Below are positions 9,885-14,077 of a DNA stretch of 14,077 nt, piece after piece. The position numbers and the translations under genes were made by a program. The DNA is from Octopus sinensis (Eukaryota). The notes below the pieces were generated by a model. That model searched no databases. It worked only from the letters and a program-made list of their open reading frames with translations, and was not told the DNA's origin. Position 1 is the stretch's first letter, and every line of letters starts with the position of its first letter. Where the stretch lies: NCBI RefSeq assembly GCF_006345805.1, contig NW_021825876.1, forward strand, positions 1 through 14,077, given 5' to 3'.

Positions 9885-10077
9885 GTGATGAGGATGACTT
9901 GGAAGATTCTGAGGCCCCATGGTAGAAACGGCCGTAAGTGATTTGTATTTGTACAGTCATCTGTTATTATTCATTCATCTCCCTATATATATCTGTTTAA
10001 GTATTTATTGGCTGATCTCATTCGTTTACTTGTTCCACTTAAACAGATGTTTATTATCACTTAATAAATAGATATAA
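9885..10077 (+). repeat. Direct repeat copy 2 (193 bp), candidate Penelope pseudo-LTR-like unit
   Basis: About 96% identical to 8511-8707 with the same sharp start (GTGATGAGG) and end (AGATATAA); the flanks are unrelated. Confidence 0.9.
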
Positions 10078-10088
10078 CAGGTTTCTGA

Positions 10089-10880
10089 TTAACAGACGAT
10101 ATGGTGCTCACTGCAGTAACCTCTAATAATTGCGGGTTAGACAGACAGAGCTGGAAGCCCAGAGTGCAGCAGTAGGCCTCGAACTAAAGCGCATGGAAAC
10201 AAAACGCATGCTGTTTGAAAATGGAACACAAGTTAAATACTGGTGGAAGGAATGATATTAAAGAGGGGAAGGAGGAGTATGTCTACTTGGGACAGACTGC
10301 AAACACATGCCGAGTCATGAACATTGAAATCTCGTGCAGAGTAAGAGTAAAATGGAAGCACAAATGGAAGCACAAGGACCCTGCATACAACAGGGACAAG
10401 GCAGTACAGAGGGACACGCCCATGCATTAGAGAGGGACAACACTTTGCGTTCAAAGAGAGTAGAACCTACTTTTGGCAGGGACAAGCCCCTGCGTTAGCA
10501 CAGTCAAAACCCTGCGTTCAGCAGGGCCAAAACCCTACTTTCAATAGGAACAAGAACCTGTGTACCAATCTCTTTAATAAACTGACTACGACACACGAGA
10601 GGGTCATCGAAGGATTCATGCTAGGAATATTGTCGCGGGAATATATCTGAAATAAAGTAATTCGAGAGCAAACTGCAGCAAACAATGTGATCGCGGACTA
10701 CCGGAAGTACAAGTGTGGCTGGGTTGGACACGTCGCAGAGTTCCCAGACAACAGATGTACTCCTGCACTTTATAAGTGGCATCGAAGAGCTTGGAAGACA
10801 CTATTTGGAGGACATACGCAAATACTTCTGACTCAAATGGAAGAAAAGGGCGCAATCCAGGTACATTGCGACTATTGATA
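10089..10880 (+). pseudogene. 5'-truncated, decayed RTE-clade LINE reverse-transcriptase C-terminal fragment
   Basis: Across frameshifts it reads LTDDMVLTA (YADD-type motif, 10089), ELEAQSAAVGLELKRMETKRM, EEYVYLGQ...EISCRVRVKW, KLTTTHERVIEGFMLGILSREYI*NKVIREQT...KCGWVGHVAEFPDNR (10579 onward; TGA at 10648-10650) and YLEDIRKYF*LKWKKRAQSR. This is the motif order of RTE-type RT C-termini. Confidence 0.88.
10371..10570. repeat. Degenerate ~22-23 bp minisatellite, about 9 units, inside the LINE fragment
   Basis: Units such as ACAAGGACCCTGCATACAACAGGG, ACAAGCCCCTGCGTTAGCACAG, TCAAAACCCTGCGTTCAGCAGGG and CCAAAACCCTACTTTCAATAGGA. Confidence 0.8.
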
Positions 10881-11037
10881 TATTAGAACATTTGGTTGTT
10901 TTGTTGATAAAAAGATAAAGAACACTATATTAGTTACAGAGAAAATATTAACGTAAACCTTACACAGAGGACACGCGTGCGTGCGCGTGCGAGAGGGAAA
11001 TTTATCACTTCTTAGTTACGTTATAATGGCAGCGTTA

Positions 11038-11268
11038 AGGCGGCGAGCTGGCAGAAACGTTAGCACGCCGGGTGAAATGCGTAGCCATATTTCGTCTGCC
11101 GTTACGTTCTGAGTTCAAATTCCGCCGAGGTCGACATTGCTTTTCATCCTTTCGGGTCGATAAATTAAGTACCAGTTACGCACCGAGGTCGATGTAATCG
11201 ACTTAATCTGTTTGTCTGTCCTTGTTTGTCGCCTCTGTGTTTAGCCCCTTGTGGGTAGTAAAGAAATA
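11038..11268 (+). mobile_element. Full-length octopus-type tRNA-derived SINE with 16-bp TSD
   Basis: Pol III A-box-like TGGCAGAAACG (11049-11059) and B-box-like GAGTTCAAATTCC (11111-11123), with a perfect TSD TATAATGGCAGCGTTA at 11022-11037 and 11269-11284. The sequence GGCGGCGAGCTGGCAGAAACGTTAGCACGCCGG...GTGGGTAGTAAAGAAATA matches my recollection of an abundant octopus SINE. Confidence 0.95.
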
Positions 11269-11460
11269 TATAATGGCAGCGTTATAAGGTGGGTCGATTA
11301 CAATTAATTAATACTTTGGGGTAAATCCACAGTCTCTACTTTTCAAAGTGAGACTAAAAATTTGTGTTTTCCTTAAAAACCCACTAATTTACAGCGAATG
11401 ACTTCCTTGCGGGTTCGAATAATGCCTCAAGCATATATAAACTAGTAACAAGTTTGGATT

Positions 11461-11485
11461 ATATATATATATATTTATGTGTGTG

Positions 11486-11572
<87 letters not shown>
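11461..11572. repeat. (AT)n/(GT)n/(AT)n microsatellite
   Basis: Direct reading. Confidence 0.97.
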
Positions 11573-11577
<5 letters not shown>

Positions 11578-12195
11578 GGTCCGAGGAGAGTCATTCTCTT
11601 TTAATGCCTTATGTTTCAACCAGTAATGTTTCCACTCATTTGACTATTGAAAACTTTGCAAGACGCAACGAGAATTTTAAGAAAAAATAAATGGGTAAAT
11701 GAATGGAAACCTTACGGTGAGTGTGTTAAATAATAAACCAATAAAAGAGAATGTCTCTCCCCAAACACAACAAAATATGCTTCAACACAAACTCACATAA
11801 AGAATCTTGCAAGCTAAATCCAAAAACCAAGCACATATATATATATACGCGTGTGTGTGTATGAGTTTTTATATATATGCGTATACATTTGGCGAAAATG
11901 CGAGTGAAGATGTGTACGTTTTCATAGTGACGTATAAGTACACACGTAGGTCCGCGAGCGCACATGTGAGCGTATGAGTAGCCATGTTTACGTGTTTACT
12001 ATGAACTTTTAATCTTAATTTATATAAGTAGCAGAATTATAACACAGTAATTTCCCTTTATATAACGGTATTTTTTCATAGTGTCTTTCAGATGGCCAGA
12101 TAACCGAAGAGATGGTGTTGTGGTTTTCCACTTCGGCAACTGAAACTCAGAGTTTTATCTTGACTATTGAGTAATTGTAACATATTATTTTATAG

Positions 12196-12241
12196 ATATA
12201 TATATGTATATATATATATATATAATATATATATATATATA

Positions 12242-12276
<35 letters not shown>

Positions 12277-12301
12277 GTGTGTGTGTGTGTATGTATGTAT
12301 G

Positions 12302-12356
<55 letters not shown>

Positions 12357-12393
12357 GTATGTATGAATGAATGTATGTATGTATGTATGTATG

Positions 12394-12427
<34 letters not shown>

Positions 12428-12434
12428 TGTATAT
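12196..12434. repeat. Compound (AT)n/(GT)n/(ATGT)n microsatellite
   Basis: Direct reading. Confidence 0.96.
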
Positions 12435-12592
12435 CAAACACGGAGTAGATCGCGCCAAATTTCGTTCTGCTCTACGTATGCGTTTTATATTAACATTGCA
12501 TTAAAACATGCGGACACAGAGCACAGTAAATAAATACCTATATGTATTTTGTATAAATGTGTATTTATGATGGCATGCGTGCATATGACTGT

Positions 12593-12594
<2 letters not shown>

Positions 12595-12658
<64 letters not shown>
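12595..12658. repeat. Perfect (GT)32
   Basis: Direct reading. Confidence 0.98.
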
Positions 12659-12660
<2 letters not shown>

Positions 12661-12861
12661 CTAGGCGCGGTTTGTTCTGCGTGTGATCAATAGATGTTGT
12701 TAGTAAGGACAACAGCAGAGGAGGAAGTAAAGTAAAAAGCTACATCGAAAGTTGTGTGTGGGTTTTTACCACAGCTGTAGGAATTTACGGTGCGGGAGTT
12801 TATAAGAAAATGTCATTTCCGTTTTAACATGGCGTCAATTATAATAGCTAGCGGTAATTGT

Positions 12862-12870
12862 ATAGATAGG

Positions 12871-12912
<42 letters not shown>

Positions 12913-12933
12913 TAGATAGATAGATAGATAGAC

Positions 12934-13004
<71 letters not shown>

Positions 13005-13061
13005 CAGATAGATGGATAGATAGATAGATGGATAGATAGATATATAGATAGATAGATGACC

Positions 13062-13099
<38 letters not shown>

Positions 13100-13100
13100 C

Positions 13101-13136
<36 letters not shown>

Positions 13137-13180
13137 TGGTAGGCAGGTAGGTAGGTAGGTAGGTGGGTGGGTAGGTAGGT
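12862..13180. repeat. (GATA)n array grading into (GGTA)n
   Basis: GATA with GACA/GATG variants to ~13136, then GGTA/GGTG to 13180. Confidence 0.97.
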
Positions 13181-13417
13181 ATAATAGTTTATAATTTATA
13201 TATATGTATAAGTTTGTGTGTAGTGTGTATGTGCATGCGTGTCTGTGTGTTTGCATTTATAAATTTGTGTGTATGAGTTTGTGTGTATGCGAGTATAACT
13301 GCATATGTGTGTTGTGTTGCATCAATATTTGCAATTTTATACTCACCCACCCGCCCATAACAGGTAAAAAAATATGCATTTTATATATTTGAATAAGTAC
13401 ATGTACGAATGTATTTA

Positions 13418-13843
<426 letters not shown>

Positions 13844-14011
13844 ATTTGTGTGTATATAATTTTTCTTACATGTACGTCATTTGGCAAATTGTAAGTAGAT
13901 CTTCGAGAAATTGGTAAGCTTGGTGCAATTGAGTTAAAAGCACTGCAACAATATGGAGATAGAACTATAATTATCTCGAATATTCCACCATATTCCGTCA
14001 CGTCAAACAGT

Positions 14012-14062
14012 CTGCTGCTGCTGCTGCTACTGCTGCTGCTGCTGCTACTGCTGCTGCTGCTG
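14012..14062. repeat. Trinucleotide repeat (CTG)5CTA(CTG)5CTA(CTG)5
   Basis: Direct reading, 17 triplets. Confidence 0.97.
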
Positions 14063-14077
14063 GCTGATTGATGGAAC

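Noticed and set aside
9885-9941. DR frame VMRMTWKILRPHGRNGRK*, faintly like the PLE GIY-YIG C-terminal W...LxPxGLN motif
   Set aside because: The spacing differs and no GIY-YIG or RT residues are recognisable upstream; too weak to call.
8511-10077. Canonical LTR retrotransposon or CRISPR array
   Set aside because: No TG...CA ends, PBS/PPT, TSD or gag/pol; there are only two long repeats in a eukaryotic context.
11038-11130. Possible tRNA gene (A/B boxes)
   Set aside because: I could not identify a cloverleaf, and it continues into a SINE body flanked by a TSD.
11331-11355. AGTCTC-T-ACTTT-TC-AAAGT-GAGACT hairpin
   Set aside because: Short and bulged, expected by chance, and bacterial-type terminators are irrelevant here.

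Overview
Gene-poor, microsatellite-saturated eukaryotic DNA, probably intronic or intergenic. The SINEs match octopus families as I recall them (not searched), so the source is probably a coleoid cephalopod such as Octopus. No host protein-coding gene is supportable: most listed ORFs are translations of (AT)n, (CA)n, (CT)n or (GATA)n. Supported elements are an intact tRNA-derived SINE with a 16-bp TSD (11038-11268), two SINE fragments (~432-609, ~2921-3178), a 219-bp hAT-type MITE with an 8-bp TSD (7037-7255) and a decayed RTE-type LINE reverse-transcriptase fragment (~10089-10880). The most unusual part is 8049-10077. It holds a 74-bp-arm hairpin, two ~195-bp direct repeats (~96% identical) each carrying a hammerhead-like palindromic GAAAC-GGCC-GTA motif, and between them a minus-strand minimal type I hammerhead ribozyme candidate. 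This suggests a non-autonomous, ribozyme-bearing Penelope/retrozyme-like element.
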